In this document: piece after piece, positions 39,325 to 49,774 of the stretch | Layout: every line of letters starts with the position of its first letter | Numbering within the stretch: the stretch's first letter is position 1 | DNA from: Salinispira sp. | Lineage (GTDB): Bacteria; Spirochaetota; Spirochaetia; DSM-27196; Salinispiraceae | Direction of reading: 5' to 3' | Length of the DNA: 64,000 bases | Assembly (NCBI GenBank): GCA_965602015.1 | Contig: OZ271918.1 | Span: 1,920,001-1,984,000 of the forward strand | The notes under the pieces: model-generated | What the model saw: the letters and a program-made list of their open reading frames with translations, nothing else | Database searches by the model: none | What the model was told of the DNA's origin: nothing | Translations under genes and position numbers: made by a program

Positions 39325-40844
39325 TTTCGCCTCGAATCCCTCAACTCGAACTGTATGGGAATCTTGTTGATATGAAAGTCAGTCCTGATACGATTTTTTA
39401 TAAAACCGACGTAGCTTTCGGGAAAATCCTTTTTCCGGTTTACAAAGAGGATGAATTTCATGGGCAAAACGCTCACCTGGGTGATGTACTTCACCTTCCA
39501 GAAAAAACCCTTGCGTGACGGCGGCGGCGTTTGCTCCTGCCAGGCCTTCAGCTTACGGTTCAATAGGCCGGTGTCGACCCGGGTGTACAGCATCCGTTGG
39601 AGCTTGCGGGAAGTGTCGAGCAGTTCTTTGACGCCGCTGCCCTCTTTGGCTGATAGCGGCAGGATCGGCGCGAACTCCAGCACAGGGAACAGGAAGTTGA
39701 TTCGGTCGGTCACCGCCTGAAGCTGATTAGGCAGATCGTCCAGAAGATCCCATTTATTCACCACCAAAATTATCCCCCGTCCCAGCTTTACGACCTGCGC
39801 GGCGATTTTTTTATCCTGATCAGACAGTCCCTTCACCGCGTCGACCATGAGAAAAACCACTTCGGCCTCTTCAATAGCCGATATGGCCCGGGTCACCGAG
39901 TAATACTCCAGGTCTTCATCGACCCGATTTTTTCGCCGGATGCCCGCAGTGTCCAACAGACGATATTTGACTCCATCGATCGAAAAACTGCCCTCGAGGA
40001 CATCCCGGGTGGTGCCGGCTATCTCGCTGACGATGGAATTGCTGCTGTTGGTTAACAGATTGGACAGGGTGCTCTTGCCGGTATTCGGCTGCCCGAGAAT
40101 GGCAACGCTTATATCCCAGGGCTGGCTGGCCCGGCGGTCCGCCCGAACCAGCTTCTCGGCGTCAATAATAATGCCCTCCGCCTCGGCATCCGCCTGGATC
40201 TGAGCGATATCCGCATCCAGCAGGGCTCTCACCCGGCCCCGCAGGTCCTCGATGTCCGAGGTTTTTAAATCCCGATCCCGTATGCGCCGGTGTTCGGCGT
40301 GTTCTATCCGCTTAACAAGCTCCTCGGCCAAGTCATCGACCCCTTCGCCGTGAGTTGCGGAAATGGGATACAGGGTGTCGAAACCGAGGGAGTAGAACTC
40401 GTAAATCATCTGGGCGCGCTTTTCATTATCGACCTTATTGACCGCAAGAACGATTCTGTCAGAGACCTGGCGCAGGCGGCCGAGAAACTCCTCATCCTCG
40501 GGCGTCACTTCCATCACGTCCAGGACGAAGACCAGCACGTCCGCCTGTTCAATGGTTGACAGGCTTTGACTGGTAATCAGAGTGTCCAGGTAATCTTTGG
40601 ATTCGGTGAGGCCGCCGGTGTCGATGAGCATGCACGCACGCCCTTCTATTTCGGTGCGGTGAAAAATGGGGTCCCGGGTGACCCCGGGAGTGGGATCGGT
40701 TATTGCCTTGCGCCGCCCCACGAAGCGGTTAAAAAGCGTTGATTTGCCCACGTTGGGCCGGCCGACAATGGCTACCCGGGGCAAAATTGCCATTTCTATT
40801 GTGTCGAGTTCGCGAATGAGCGCCTCTTTATCCTGTAATGTCAA
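39321..40844 (-). CDS. der: Ribosome biogenesis GTPase Der
   Basis: Two G domains (GRPNVGKS, DTGG, NKVD; GQPNTGKS, DTAG, NKWD) and a KH-like C-terminus. Confidence 0.97.
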   Translation of the reverse strand: MTLQDKEALIRELDTIEMAILPRVAIVGRPNVGKSTLFNRFVGRRKAITDPTPGVTRDPIFHRTEIEGRACMLIDTGGLTESKDYLDTLITSQSLSTIEQADVLVFVLDVMEVTPEDEEFLGRLRQVSDRIVLAVNKVDNEKRAQMIYEFYSLGFDTLYPISATHGEGVDDLAEELVKRIEHAEHRRIRDRDLKTSDIEDLRGRVRALLDADIAQIQADAEAEGIIIDAEKLVRADRRASQPWDISVAILGQPNTGKSTLSNLLTNSSNSIVSEIAGTTRDVLEGSFSIDGVKYRLLDTAGIRRKNRVDEDLEYYSVTRAISAIEEAEVVFLMVDAVKGLSDQDKKIAAQVVKLGRGIILVVNKWDLLDDLPNQLQAVTDRINFLFPVLEFAPILPLSAKEGSGVKELLDTSRKLQRMLYTRVDTGLLNRKLKAWQEQTPPPSRKGFFWKVKYITQVSVLPMKFILFVNRKKDFPESYVGFIKNRIRTDFHINKIPIQFELRDSRRK

Positions 40845-42582
40845 AACGTTCCTCCATTGCGGCGGCTACGAAGTCGGGAATTCCCTCGGGGTTTTCGAAT
40901 TCCATAACCCTTCCGACGAATTCTTCTGCTTCCAAAATAGATGTCGACCGGATAATCTGCTTGATCCGCGGTATCCCGAAGGAACTCATGCTGAATTCAT
41001 CGAGTCCCAGTCCCAGGAGGATCAGCGTGTATAAGGGGTCGCCGGCCATTTCGCCGCACATGCCCGCAGAAATTCCGGCGTTGTGGGCGTTCTGAATAAT
41101 CATCTTCAGACTGCGCAGGATGCCGAGATGCAGCGGGTCGTAGAGGTATGCCACATGTTCGTTCCCCCGGTCAACTGCCAGGGTGTACTGAATGAGGTCG
41201 TTGGTTCCGATGGAAAAAAAGTTCGAATAACGGGCGAGAATATCGGTGGTCATGGCCGCGCTGGGCACCTCTATCATGATGCCCGTGGGGATATTCGCCG
41301 CGAAGGCTATTCCCTCGTTGCGCAACTCAATCTTAACCGCTTCTATGAGCGCCAGGGCTTCCTTGAGTTCCTGAACACCTGATATCAGGGGGATCATTAT
41401 TCTCAGTTTCCCGTAGACGCTGGCCCTGAGAAGCGCCCTGAGCTGGGTCCTGAAGATATCCACATGAGTCAGACAGAAGCGAATGGCCCTCCATCCGAGG
41501 ATGGGATTTTTTTCTCCGCCGCCCTGCACCTGGAGGCTGTGCATAAGTTTGTCGCCCCCCAAATCGAGGGTCCGGATGGTAACCGGACGGGGGTTCATTT
41601 CCGACAATACCTTTGCATAGGAATCGAACTGTTCATCCTCATCGGGCAGATGATCGGAGCGCATAAAAAGGAACTCTGAGCGGTACAGCCCGATGCCGTC
41701 GGCCCCGTGGGTATCGGCGGCATCCACCTCTTCGGGAAGCTCGATATTTGCCTTCAGACTAATAACCTTGCCGTCCCGGGTTTCCGCAGCCAGCTCATTG
41801 AAGCGCATAAGCTGCATTTCACGCTTTTGCGCGGCGTGATACTTTCTCAGATACTCTTCCCTGGCCTTTTTATCAGGGTCGAGGTAGACCTGTCCTTTGA
41901 ACCCATCGACGATAACGTAGTCGCCGGTGGACACCCGCTCGGTTATGTTGCCCAAGCCCAGCACAGCGGGAATTTCAAAAGCCCGGGCGATAATCGCCGT
42001 ATGGCTGGTCTTCCCGCCGGCATCCATAACGATACCCTTCACCTTCATTTTATCCATGGCAATGGCATCTGAGGGCATGAGATCGTGGCAAACCACAATG
42101 ACTTCCCGGTCGAGTTTTGCCAGATTCACCCGGTCGCGGGACAGGAGATTATTTATTATACGCTTGCCGACGTCATGAAGATCGGCGGTGCGCTCTCTTA
42201 AATAGTCATCTTTTACCGAGCCCAGTTTCTCCACCAGGTCCTGCATGTGGGTGTAAAGCACGAACTCCACATTAAGCAGGTGCTCGTACAGACCCTGTTG
42301 AATTTTATTGCCCAGATCCGGATCGCTGAGCATTAACTTGTGGGTGTCCAGCATCTGCTTTTCCCCGGGTTGCAGGGGAAGTTCGGACTGACTGGACTGG
42401 CTGATTATGCTCTCTATTTCATCGACCGCATTACTGACGGCGGCGTTGAACCGGTCATATTCCGAGCTGACCATCTCTTCATCGATGGCGTACCGGGGGA
42501 TATCCCGCTGCTCCTCTTTTACAAGGAGGACTGAGCACTGCGCTATGCCTGGACTTGCCGGAATTCCCCGTAGTTCTATCAT
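40828..42582 (-). CDS. ptsI: PEP-protein phosphotransferase, PTS enzyme I
   Basis: GGKTSHTAI phospho-His, GIGLYRSEFL, SIGTNDLIQY, CGEMAG. Confidence 0.97.
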   Translation of the reverse strand: MIELRGIPASPGIAQCSVLLVKEEQRDIPRYAIDEEMVSSEYDRFNAAVSNAVDEIESIISQSSQSELPLQPGEKQMLDTHKLMLSDPDLGNKIQQGLYEHLLNVEFVLYTHMQDLVEKLGSVKDDYLRERTADLHDVGKRIINNLLSRDRVNLAKLDREVIVVCHDLMPSDAIAMDKMKVKGIVMDAGGKTSHTAIIARAFEIPAVLGLGNITERVSTGDYVIVDGFKGQVYLDPDKKAREEYLRKYHAAQKREMQLMRFNELAAETRDGKVISLKANIELPEEVDAADTHGADGIGLYRSEFLFMRSDHLPDEDEQFDSYAKVLSEMNPRPVTIRTLDLGGDKLMHSLQVQGGGEKNPILGWRAIRFCLTHVDIFRTQLRALLRASVYGKLRIMIPLISGVQELKEALALIEAVKIELRNEGIAFAANIPTGIMIEVPSAAMTTDILARYSNFFSIGTNDLIQYTLAVDRGNEHVAYLYDPLHLGILRSLKMIIQNAHNAGISAGMCGEMAGDPLYTLILLGLGLDEFSMSSFGIPRIKQIIRSTSILEAEEFVGRVMEFENPEGIPDFVAAAMEERFDITG

Positions 42583-42651
42583 GACATCTCAAATAATAGA
42601 TCAGAGCCTGCTCTCCGTCAAATTAGCTGTTGATGATGTAACTCCGCCTTA

Positions 42652-43593
42652 ATGACCCTGAGAGAAAATTCCGATAGCTTGAATAGTATGTCAAAACAGG
42701 ATCGAAAGCGAAAAACATCACTGGGCGTCCTATTCTGGATTGCCGCAATTCTGCTCATTTTGGTGGTGTTTCTTTTTAACAGACGCAACATCGAGCAGGT
42801 CATGGAGAGCACCGGCCTCGTCGAAGTAATCAATCAGCGGATAGGAACCGAAGAGACGCCGGAAGATAACGGCATTGCAAATAATCCCGACTCCGCCGGG
42901 GATAATGACTCGGCTGAGTCGGACGCCCAGAGCGAGGCTGTAGGGGAAGATGGGGATGCCGTCGATGAAGACCCGGCTCCCGAACGGGAAGAGAACGGAT
43001 CGCAGGACTCTGCCAGCGAGACTCAGATGGATGAGACCACTGAAACAGAACAGACGGCGGAAAATGACAACGAAGCAGCCAGCGAATCCCGGGAAAATCG
43101 CCGGGACAGAGACGCTTCCCCCGATGGTGATGAGCCCGAGAGCGACACCAGCGAACAGGAAGAGCAAACCCGGGAGCGCAGCTATGTCATCAGCCTCGTT
43201 GAGCTCAGCGAAGACGGTTCCACGGCAATTATTTCCCGAGAGCGAACTATCAGCTTTGTCACCTCCCCGCTTACAAAGACAATTGAAACCCTCCTGAACT
43301 ACCCCGCAGAATCCGAAGGCGGCCGGGTGCGCAACCTCATTCCTGCAGGTACCCGGCTTGAACGCATTTGGATTGAGGAGGGGATTGCCTATATGGATTT
43401 TAACGAGCAGTTCCGCTTCAATCCCATGGGCGTTGAGGGTCAGCGCTTTCAGATACGGCAAATTGTCACGACAGCGGTGCAATTTCCCACAGTGGACAGA
43501 GTTCAAATTCTTATTGAGGGCCAACGGGTTGAATTCCTCGGCGGAGAAGGCACCTTTATCGGCCAGCCACTCGCTCCAGAAGATTTTCGCTAA
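42652..43593 (+). CDS. GerMN domain membrane protein
   Basis: N-terminal TM, acidic linker, IPAGTRL...DFN..F...QIV.T..QFPTVDRVQILIEG. Confidence 0.85.
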   Translation: MTLRENSDSLNSMSKQDRKRKTSLGVLFWIAAILLILVVFLFNRRNIEQVMESTGLVEVINQRIGTEETPEDNGIANNPDSAGDNDSAESDAQSEAVGEDGDAVDEDPAPEREENGSQDSASETQMDETTETEQTAENDNEAASESRENRRDRDASPDGDEPESDTSEQEEQTRERSYVISLVELSEDGSTAIISRERTISFVTSPLTKTIETLLNYPAESEGGRVRNLIPAGTRLERIWIEEGIAYMDFNEQFRFNPMGVEGQRFQIRQIVTTAVQFPTVDRVQILIEGQRVEFLGGEGTFIGQPLAPEDFR

Positions 43594-43625
43594 ACAAGTC
43601 GGAATGTCTTTGTAGAGATGTTCCG

Positions 43626-44309
43626 ATGGATAATACCGCGCTCTTGCTGTACTATACTTTCTATCTAATGATGTCACGAAAGATTCGGCGACAATGGCCA
43701 GTACTTGGCTTCTACCTTCTCGTTTTTTGCTCGAGCCTGACCGCCCAGGATGATCAGCTGATACCCGAAAGCGGCAGCGACAGGGGCGCGGCGACCGTCA
43801 GCCTTGGCCTTGGCGTTCAGCGAAACTGGGGATTCGGAAGCATCCTTGCGCTTTCCGACAGCGGATTTGCTGCGAGTATCGAAGGGACCTTCTCCCCTGC
43901 TTTTGCTGATCTCGGCGCGATAAGCTTTTCCGCTTTGGGCCGGGTGGGATTCGGCATGCTGCGTCCGAACCAAGCGAGTTACCGCAGCATCGCCATAGTG
44001 GAACCCGAGTTGGGAGTACGGGCCCTTTTTCGCATCTCAGACCGGTTCGCTTTTGGCCTGGGAATCAACGGGAGCATTCTGGTGTACATCATTAAAAACC
44101 AAAACCTGGCAGATCAATCCCAAAGCTATGCCGACGGCGGATTCAAGGTCGAACTCCCGGTTATATATCACAATCGGCCCCGTAGGAGCGGACGGCCCGC
44201 AATAGGATTTCTCATGGCGCCCACCCTAAGTATTCATTTCCAGCAGGGAAATACCGTAAACCAGGCGGGATTATTGCTAATGCACCGCTTGCTATGGGAA
44301 GGCAGCTGA
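43626..44309 (+). CDS. Exported hypothetical protein, small beta-barrel-like
   Basis: Signal-like segment and alternating hydrophobic beta strands; start uncertain. Confidence 0.5.
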   Translation: MDNTALLLYYTFYLMMSRKIRRQWPVLGFYLLVFCSSLTAQDDQLIPESGSDRGAATVSLGLGVQRNWGFGSILALSDSGFAASIEGTFSPAFADLGAISFSALGRVGFGMLRPNQASYRSIAIVEPELGVRALFRISDRFAFGLGINGSILVYIIKNQNLADQSQSYADGGFKVELPVIYHNRPRRSGRPAIGFLMAPTLSIHFQQGNTVNQAGLLLMHRLLWEGS

Positions 44310-46213
44310 TGAAGGGCAATCTTTTTCCACCAGCCGGTATCCTTCTTTTATTACTCTCATGGACCTCCTGCTCTCCTCTTTTATCTGAAGCGAGCCGCAG
44401 CGCTGACGGGCTCATCGTGCCGGGAAGCATCATCACGGTGGAGGACTCCCGGGGAGACCAACTTCGAATCGGAATAATCGATGATAACAGCGACGGTATC
44501 GTTGATGCTCTTGATATTAATGCCGACAACACCGGGGACATTTCCCTCGAGCATATCCCGGAAAAACAACACTACCTGCTGGACATCGACGGCGACAACA
44601 CTCCGGACGGATATTTGCGGCTAAACAGCTCGGGTATTCCCCTGCTCACAAGCCTTCCCGACGGACGAGGGGAGGCATTAATCTTTGTTTTTGACAGTGA
44701 CGGGACCTTTATCGGAATCGAATACTCCGGCGGCGCCGGCGAACCGGTCATCGACCCGTCCTACGATACTGTGGCTCCGGTGTCAGCGGACAGCAGCATT
44801 CGAAGGGAAGAGACAATCATCGATCGGACTGAGGGCCGGGTTTTTCTCAGGCTCTCATGGCAGTCCGCGGCTGATAACCTGACCTCCGCGGAAGACATCC
44901 GCTACGATATTGTCTCATCCCTTTCTGATTTTACCGATCTTGCGGAACTCGACGGACTGATATCCCGGGGCCAGGCTTTTTTGACCCGCCAGGATATACG
45001 AGGAGCAACGTCGGTAGAACTGCGTGATCTTGAGTCAAACCGTTTGTACTTCATTGCGGTGATCGCCCGCGATCAGGCGGCCAACCGTCTGCTGTACAAT
45101 AGAATACGCTTCAATTCCGCCCTTTATCCCTATCTCTCGAGCGGGGACAATAAGTCCCTCGTCTTCACCCCGGAGGCCGACGGCGCCCCGACTCTAACAA
45201 GCGGTTTTTCCCTCAGCTGGACGGAACTGACCGATGATCAGACTCCCGCGGACATAAGCTACCGTACATATATTCTGGCCGATCAGGTTTTGGGTCTGGC
45301 CCAGGTGGAAGATACTGCGCTCCTCAGCTATAGCCTGCCTGCGGGCAGCGGCTCTCCTGCCAGCATACCGGGAACCGGCTTAAGCCCGGATTCGGGGTTT
45401 TGGGTCTATGTGGCCGGCAGCGATCCAGACGGCAACAGTTTCCTCTTTGACCCGGTTCGGGGATACACCGCCAGCAGCGTGGTGCCCGAGAGCGACTTTT
45501 TCTGGGAATTTGACGGAGACGCGGACAGCATTCGATTGCCAGACAGCATCGGCGAGACCATAGCAGCGGAAAGCACCACGGCGGCGAACTTTTTGCCCGA
45601 CCGCTTTGGCACGGACCCCGGCTCGCTGTCATTCTCGGGGGCCGGCGAGTACGTGGATACCGCAATCGGCAATGACGGTGCGACTTCCGGCGAACGGGAA
45701 CTTCTCGAAGGTGATTACAGCATTTCGCTGTGGGTCCAGTTTTTCAGCGGGCCGCTGTTGGAGGATCAGTACCAGAACATCCTGTATATGGATTCAAATG
45801 ACAGCGACGACGGACCCGACAGCGGCGGGACAAGCGTTCTTGCCATACGAAAGCGACCGGATCAGCACATCGAAATAATTCTCGGCGACCCGGCGAATCC
45901 TGATGACCCGACAATCCTCACCAGCGGCGGGCCAGCGGAGCTCAACCGCCTGTATAACCTTGCCGTTGTAAAAAGTCAGGATCGGCTGCGGCTCTATGTG
46001 GACGGCCTACCCCTTCAAACTGCATTCGAGGCGAATCTCCAAAACCGGACATTCTCTCCGGTGGATCTGGCGGGGGCGAACGGAAATATCGTGTTCGGCC
46101 GGGCCTGGGACGGAGCCGAAGGGTTTTACGGAATACTGGATGATGTGAGAATTTGGTCCCGGGAAGTAAGCGAACGGGAGATCCTGCAAAATTACCGGCT
46201 TCTCAGGCCCTGA
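44309..46213 (+). CDS. Lipoprotein with FN3-like and C-terminal LamG/ConA-like domains
   Basis: Lipobox WTSC, DxNxDG motifs, YSISLW...LYVDG...GILDDVRIWSR. Confidence 0.75.
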   Translation: MKGNLFPPAGILLLLLSWTSCSPLLSEASRSADGLIVPGSIITVEDSRGDQLRIGIIDDNSDGIVDALDINADNTGDISLEHIPEKQHYLLDIDGDNTPDGYLRLNSSGIPLLTSLPDGRGEALIFVFDSDGTFIGIEYSGGAGEPVIDPSYDTVAPVSADSSIRREETIIDRTEGRVFLRLSWQSAADNLTSAEDIRYDIVSSLSDFTDLAELDGLISRGQAFLTRQDIRGATSVELRDLESNRLYFIAVIARDQAANRLLYNRIRFNSALYPYLSSGDNKSLVFTPEADGAPTLTSGFSLSWTELTDDQTPADISYRTYILADQVLGLAQVEDTALLSYSLPAGSGSPASIPGTGLSPDSGFWVYVAGSDPDGNSFLFDPVRGYTASSVVPESDFFWEFDGDADSIRLPDSIGETIAAESTTAANFLPDRFGTDPGSLSFSGAGEYVDTAIGNDGATSGERELLEGDYSISLWVQFFSGPLLEDQYQNILYMDSNDSDDGPDSGGTSVLAIRKRPDQHIEIILGDPANPDDPTILTSGGPAELNRLYNLAVVKSQDRLRLYVDGLPLQTAFEANLQNRTFSPVDLAGANGNIVFGRAWDGAEGFYGILDDVRIWSREVSEREILQNYRLLRP

Positions 46214-47189
46214 TTTTTAATAGCCAAAACTGTTCGCGGTTTCCCTGCTTTCCGACAAGCCCTGCTGGCCAGCGGTTCATTCTCTCGATTCTCTCCCCCT
46301 CGAGCCTCTTGAGGGTGTTTTCAAGCACCTGTTCAATAAGATCCGGGTCCCGCAGCACACCGTCAAAGTCCTTCGGGGTCAAACCCGAATACTCCAGCTC
46401 GAACTGGGGCTTTATCAAAGCCAGAAGCAGACCGCTGCGCCGGGTATCATTGGTATTTACCAGGCCCAGAATCCGGGCCGCTGCCCCCTCCATGCTGCGA
46501 AACGACAGGTCGGCCACGGCGTGTTCCGGGGGCGGCGTCAGATCACCGGGTTCCAGTGACATGATGTTGCATCGCTCTCTTGTGATTACCCGGTTATCAC
46601 TTCGCAGCCGGTAATCTAGCTGGTTGTAGCCCACATCCACCGCATGCACCGTTTTGGCGCCGTGACGCAATAGGCAATCGCTGAAACCGCCGGTCGAGGC
46701 CCCGGCGTCCAGGATTACCCGTCCGCGAAAATCAAAGCCCGCTTGCTCGGCTTTCCCAAGCACCGGCGCGAGCTTGTCTCCCCCGCGGCTGACATAGCTT
46801 CCGTGACCTTGGGGCGTTCCCGTCGGAACCATTTTTCTCGGGTCAGCGGGGTCACCGGCATGATCGGGGTCACCGGCATGATCGGCGTCACCGGGGTAAT
46901 CTGCGTCACCGGGATTGCCCGGGTGAACGGGTTCATCGGGGCCATAGGATCCAAAAGATTTCCGTTCAGTCGGGCCGGTTTCAGCCGTCATATCATTGCC
47001 TGAGAATGCGGGTTCGAACAGGGCCCGGATTTCCACATCGGGACTCAGTAGCCGTTTGCTGTCTTTTTCGCGGTGACCGGCGACGAACACGTCACCGTGA
47101 AGGATGCGGGCATAAAGCCACTGACGGGTGTGCTCAGGATGTCGTTGACACAGAAGGTCAATGAGGGTCCGACGTCCGGCCTTTTTCAT
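46203..47189 (-). CDS. tlyA: TlyA family rRNA methyltransferase with an internal insertion
   Basis: S4 domain, YVSRGGDKL, DAGASTGGF, DVGYNQL, LIKPQFE, GNRE. Confidence 0.92.
   Translation of the reverse strand: MKKAGRRTLIDLLCQRHPEHTRQWLYARILHGDVFVAGHREKDSKRLLSPDVEIRALFEPAFSGNDMTAETGPTERKSFGSYGPDEPVHPGNPGDADYPGDADHAGDPDHAGDPADPRKMVPTGTPQGHGSYVSRGGDKLAPVLGKAEQAGFDFRGRVILDAGASTGGFSDCLLRHGAKTVHAVDVGYNQLDYRLRSDNRVITRERCNIMSLEPGDLTPPPEHAVADLSFRSMEGAAARILGLVNTNDTRRSGLLLALIKPQFELEYSGLTPKDFDGVLRDPDLIEQVLENTLKRLEGERIERMNRWPAGLVGKQGNREQFWLLKIRA
46841..46922. repeat. 18-bp imperfect tandem repeat inside tlyA
   Basis: About 4 GTCACCGGCATGATCGGG-like units encoding PGDADY/PGDADH/AGDPDH/AGDPAD. Confidence 0.85.
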
Positions 47190-47980
47190 CAGAGACCGGC
47201 CGCCTCTGAAAACATGCTGATGTCAGTTGCCTTAAGCGGAGCCGAATCATCGAAACGGATAACCGCCCCCTGTATTTTAGGAGGATTCTGGCTCACCTCG
47301 TTGCGCAGCGGTAGATCGGTTAAATGCCGTTGTATTCCGATATCAGGATCGAAGCCGATGATGCTTTGATCGGGCCCAGTGGAACCCAGGTCCGTCGCAT
47401 ATGCCAAGCCCTTGGGCAACAGTCGTTGGTCTGCAGTCTGGATGTGCGTGTGGGTGCCGACGAGGGCAGTCACCGAGCCATCAAAATGATAGGCTATGGC
47501 CTCTTTTTCCTGAGGATCATCGGCATGGAAATCAATAATAACCGCATCATACTCTGATTTGAGTTTGCGCAGTTCATCCTTTCCTTTTTTGAAGGGGCAA
47601 TCGATCGGCCACATTCGCTGGCGGCCCTGGAGGTTGAGAACGGCGAATCGGAGTCCTGAGCGTTCGACAATCACCGATCCGTGGCCCGGGTTTCCCGAAG
47701 GGTAGTTTGCCGGCCGAAGAATGTGGGGCTGTTCATCGAGATATCGGTATATTTCCCTCTGCTGCCAGATATGATTTCCCGATGTGATGACATCGGCGCC
47801 GGCTGCAAATATGGTCTCTGCCAGTTCAGGTGTCAGACCAAAACCGTCAGCGGCATTTTCAGCATTTACAATGCAGATATCTGCCTTGTGCTGCTTCTTT
47901 AATGCCGGCAGCTGGGAATATATTGCCCTCATGCCCGGCTGGCCGATGATGTCGCCGACCATAAGAATTGTCTTCTGCAT
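47189..47980 (-). CDS. ymdB: YmdB/TIGR00282 family metallophosphoesterase
   Basis: GDIIG.PG, NAEN, TSGNH, RPANY, DFHA, GTHTH; start at MQKTIL. Confidence 0.9.
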   Translation of the reverse strand: MQKTILMVGDIIGQPGMRAIYSQLPALKKQHKADICIVNAENAADGFGLTPELAETIFAAGADVITSGNHIWQQREIYRYLDEQPHILRPANYPSGNPGHGSVIVERSGLRFAVLNLQGRQRMWPIDCPFKKGKDELRKLKSEYDAVIIDFHADDPQEKEAIAYHFDGSVTALVGTHTHIQTADQRLLPKGLAYATDLGSTGPDQSIIGFDPDIGIQRHLTDLPLRNEVSQNPPKIQGAVIRFDDSAPLKATDISMFSEAAGL

Positions 47981-48087
47981 ATGCCATCCTTTGAGCTCGA
48001 ATTGTACCAGATAAGGTACTTTTGGGAGAAGCCGGGCGCTCCATCGGGCCTGTGACCAATCGACGGGGAGGCTCTTACCACACTGCA

Positions 48088-48119
48088 ATAAAAAACCGTC
48101 CGCGCTGGGCGGACGGTTT
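48088..48119 (-). terminator. Intrinsic terminator after rny
   Basis: AAACCGTCCGC-loop-GCGGACGGTTT stem with a U-run. Confidence 0.8.
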
Positions 48120-48140
48120 ATTAATACGGGAAAAATGCTG

Positions 48141-49670
48141 TTAGCGGGCGTATTCTACAATTCTGGTCTCCCGGATCATGGTAACCTTGATCCTGCCGGG
48201 GTAGCGCAGCTCTGCTTCTATCCGCTTGGCAATTTCCCGGGCAATTTCCCGCGCTTCGTTATCGCTGACCTTTTCATGATCAACCATGATGCGAAGCTCG
48301 CGCCCTGCCTGTATTGCGTAGGCCTTGTCCACTCCCTCAAAATCCTCGGCGATCTTCTCGAGATTTTCCAGGCGCTTGATGTAGTTATCCAGGGTCTCGC
48401 GACGGGCTCCGGGTCTGGAAGCGCTCAGGGCGTCGGCGATTTGCACAATGACCGATTCCACACAGCTGTGGGGAACATCGCCATGATGACTGGCGATGGC
48501 GTTGATGACTTTCTCATCCTCACCGATCCGCTTTGCCAGCTCCACCCCAAGTTCAACGTGGTTCGAATCGCCGTCGGATTCGATGCCCTTGCCCACGTCA
48601 TGCAGAAGCCCGGCTCTCCGGGCGACTTCGGTGTCGGCTCCGACCTCAGCGGCAATCATGCCGGCGAATACCGCAACTTCCTTTGAGTGAGCCAGCACGT
48701 TTTGACCGTAACTGGTTCGGAATACCAGGCGTCCGATTCCCCGAATACCCTCGGGTTTCATGTGATGTATGCCCAAATCGAAGAGAACTTTTTCGCCCTC
48801 TTCGAAAATATGCTGGCTGATTTCCTGGGTAACCTTTTGCACCACCTCTTCGATTCTTGTGGGGTGTATGCGCCCGTCGCTGATGAGCCGTTCCAGACTC
48901 CTCCGGGCTATTTCCTTCCTCACCGGATCAAAGCAGGAGACAACCACCGCCTCGGGGGTGTCGTCAATAATGATGTCGACGCCAGTGAGGGTCTCCAGGG
49001 TCCGGATATTCCGGCCTTCCCGGCCGATAATGCGTCCCTTCATTTCGTCGTTGGGAAGATTGACCGAGGCGACGGTAACTTCGGCGTTAACTTCGCTGGC
49101 CATTCTCTGGATAGTAGAGATGAGGATCTCCCTGCCCTTTCGCTCGGCAGTGATCTGACCTTCCTGTTCGATTTTGTGAATAAGCGCCTGGGCGTCATGG
49201 CGCGCCTCATCTTCCAGGGAGGAAATGATGAGCTTTTTCGCTTCCTCTCTGGTCAGACTCGAAACACGTTCGAGTTCGTTGCGCCAGTTATCTTCTTGTT
49301 TTTCCAGCTCGCGTTCCCGCTCGCCGATGTTCCTCTCACGGTCTGCAAAACTAGCCTGGGTCTTGTCGACATAGGCTACTTTTTCCTCTAGGTTTTCTTC
49401 TTTCTGGAGAATTCGTTTCTCAATTTTGTTGAGTTCTTGTCTGCGTTCCCGGAACTCCCGTTCCTGTTGATTTCTCTCTTGAAGAAGTTCATCTTTCGTT
49501 TCTAATACCAATTCCCTCTTAAGGGCTTCGGCTTCCTTTACGGCATCTCTTTTAAGTCGCTCACTCTTTTGCTCAGAAGAGGTGAGCTGAAATCTGGCAT
49601 AAAGCCAGCGTATGGTCCAACCTAGAATCAAACCCGCGAGGGGAAGGGTTACGTACAGCACGATTACCAT
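48141..49670 (-). CDS. rny: Ribonuclease Y
   Basis: N-terminal TM, coiled coil, KH domain (KGRIIGREGRNIR), HD domain (LLHDVGK), SASRPGAR. Confidence 0.97.
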   Translation of the reverse strand: MVIVLYVTLPLAGLILGWTIRWLYARFQLTSSEQKSERLKRDAVKEAEALKRELVLETKDELLQERNQQEREFRERRQELNKIEKRILQKEENLEEKVAYVDKTQASFADRERNIGERERELEKQEDNWRNELERVSSLTREEAKKLIISSLEDEARHDAQALIHKIEQEGQITAERKGREILISTIQRMASEVNAEVTVASVNLPNDEMKGRIIGREGRNIRTLETLTGVDIIIDDTPEAVVVSCFDPVRKEIARRSLERLISDGRIHPTRIEEVVQKVTQEISQHIFEEGEKVLFDLGIHHMKPEGIRGIGRLVFRTSYGQNVLAHSKEVAVFAGMIAAEVGADTEVARRAGLLHDVGKGIESDGDSNHVELGVELAKRIGEDEKVINAIASHHGDVPHSCVESVIVQIADALSASRPGARRETLDNYIKRLENLEKIAEDFEGVDKAYAIQAGRELRIMVDHEKVSDNEAREIAREIAKRIEAELRYPGRIKVTMIRETRIVEYAR

Positions 49671-49700
49671 ACCTTGCCTCCACTCTTGCGTTGTCCTTAA

Positions 49701-49729
49701 AAATTAGGAGATTAGCACCCCTTTGTCAA
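49701..49729 (-). promoter_or_regulatory. Sigma70-like promoter of rny
   Basis: TTGACA-17 bp-TAATTT. Confidence 0.6.
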
Positions 49730-49774
49730 GCGCGATTTAACGCAGGCACAACAACTCTATTTTATGAACTTGCG

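Noticed and set aside
42730..43677. 315-aa - strand ORF
   Set aside because: Antisense shadow of the GerMN gene; no motifs
49711..49740. TTAGCACCC as a CIRCE half-site
   Set aside because: No matching second arm; better explained as the spacer of the rny promoter
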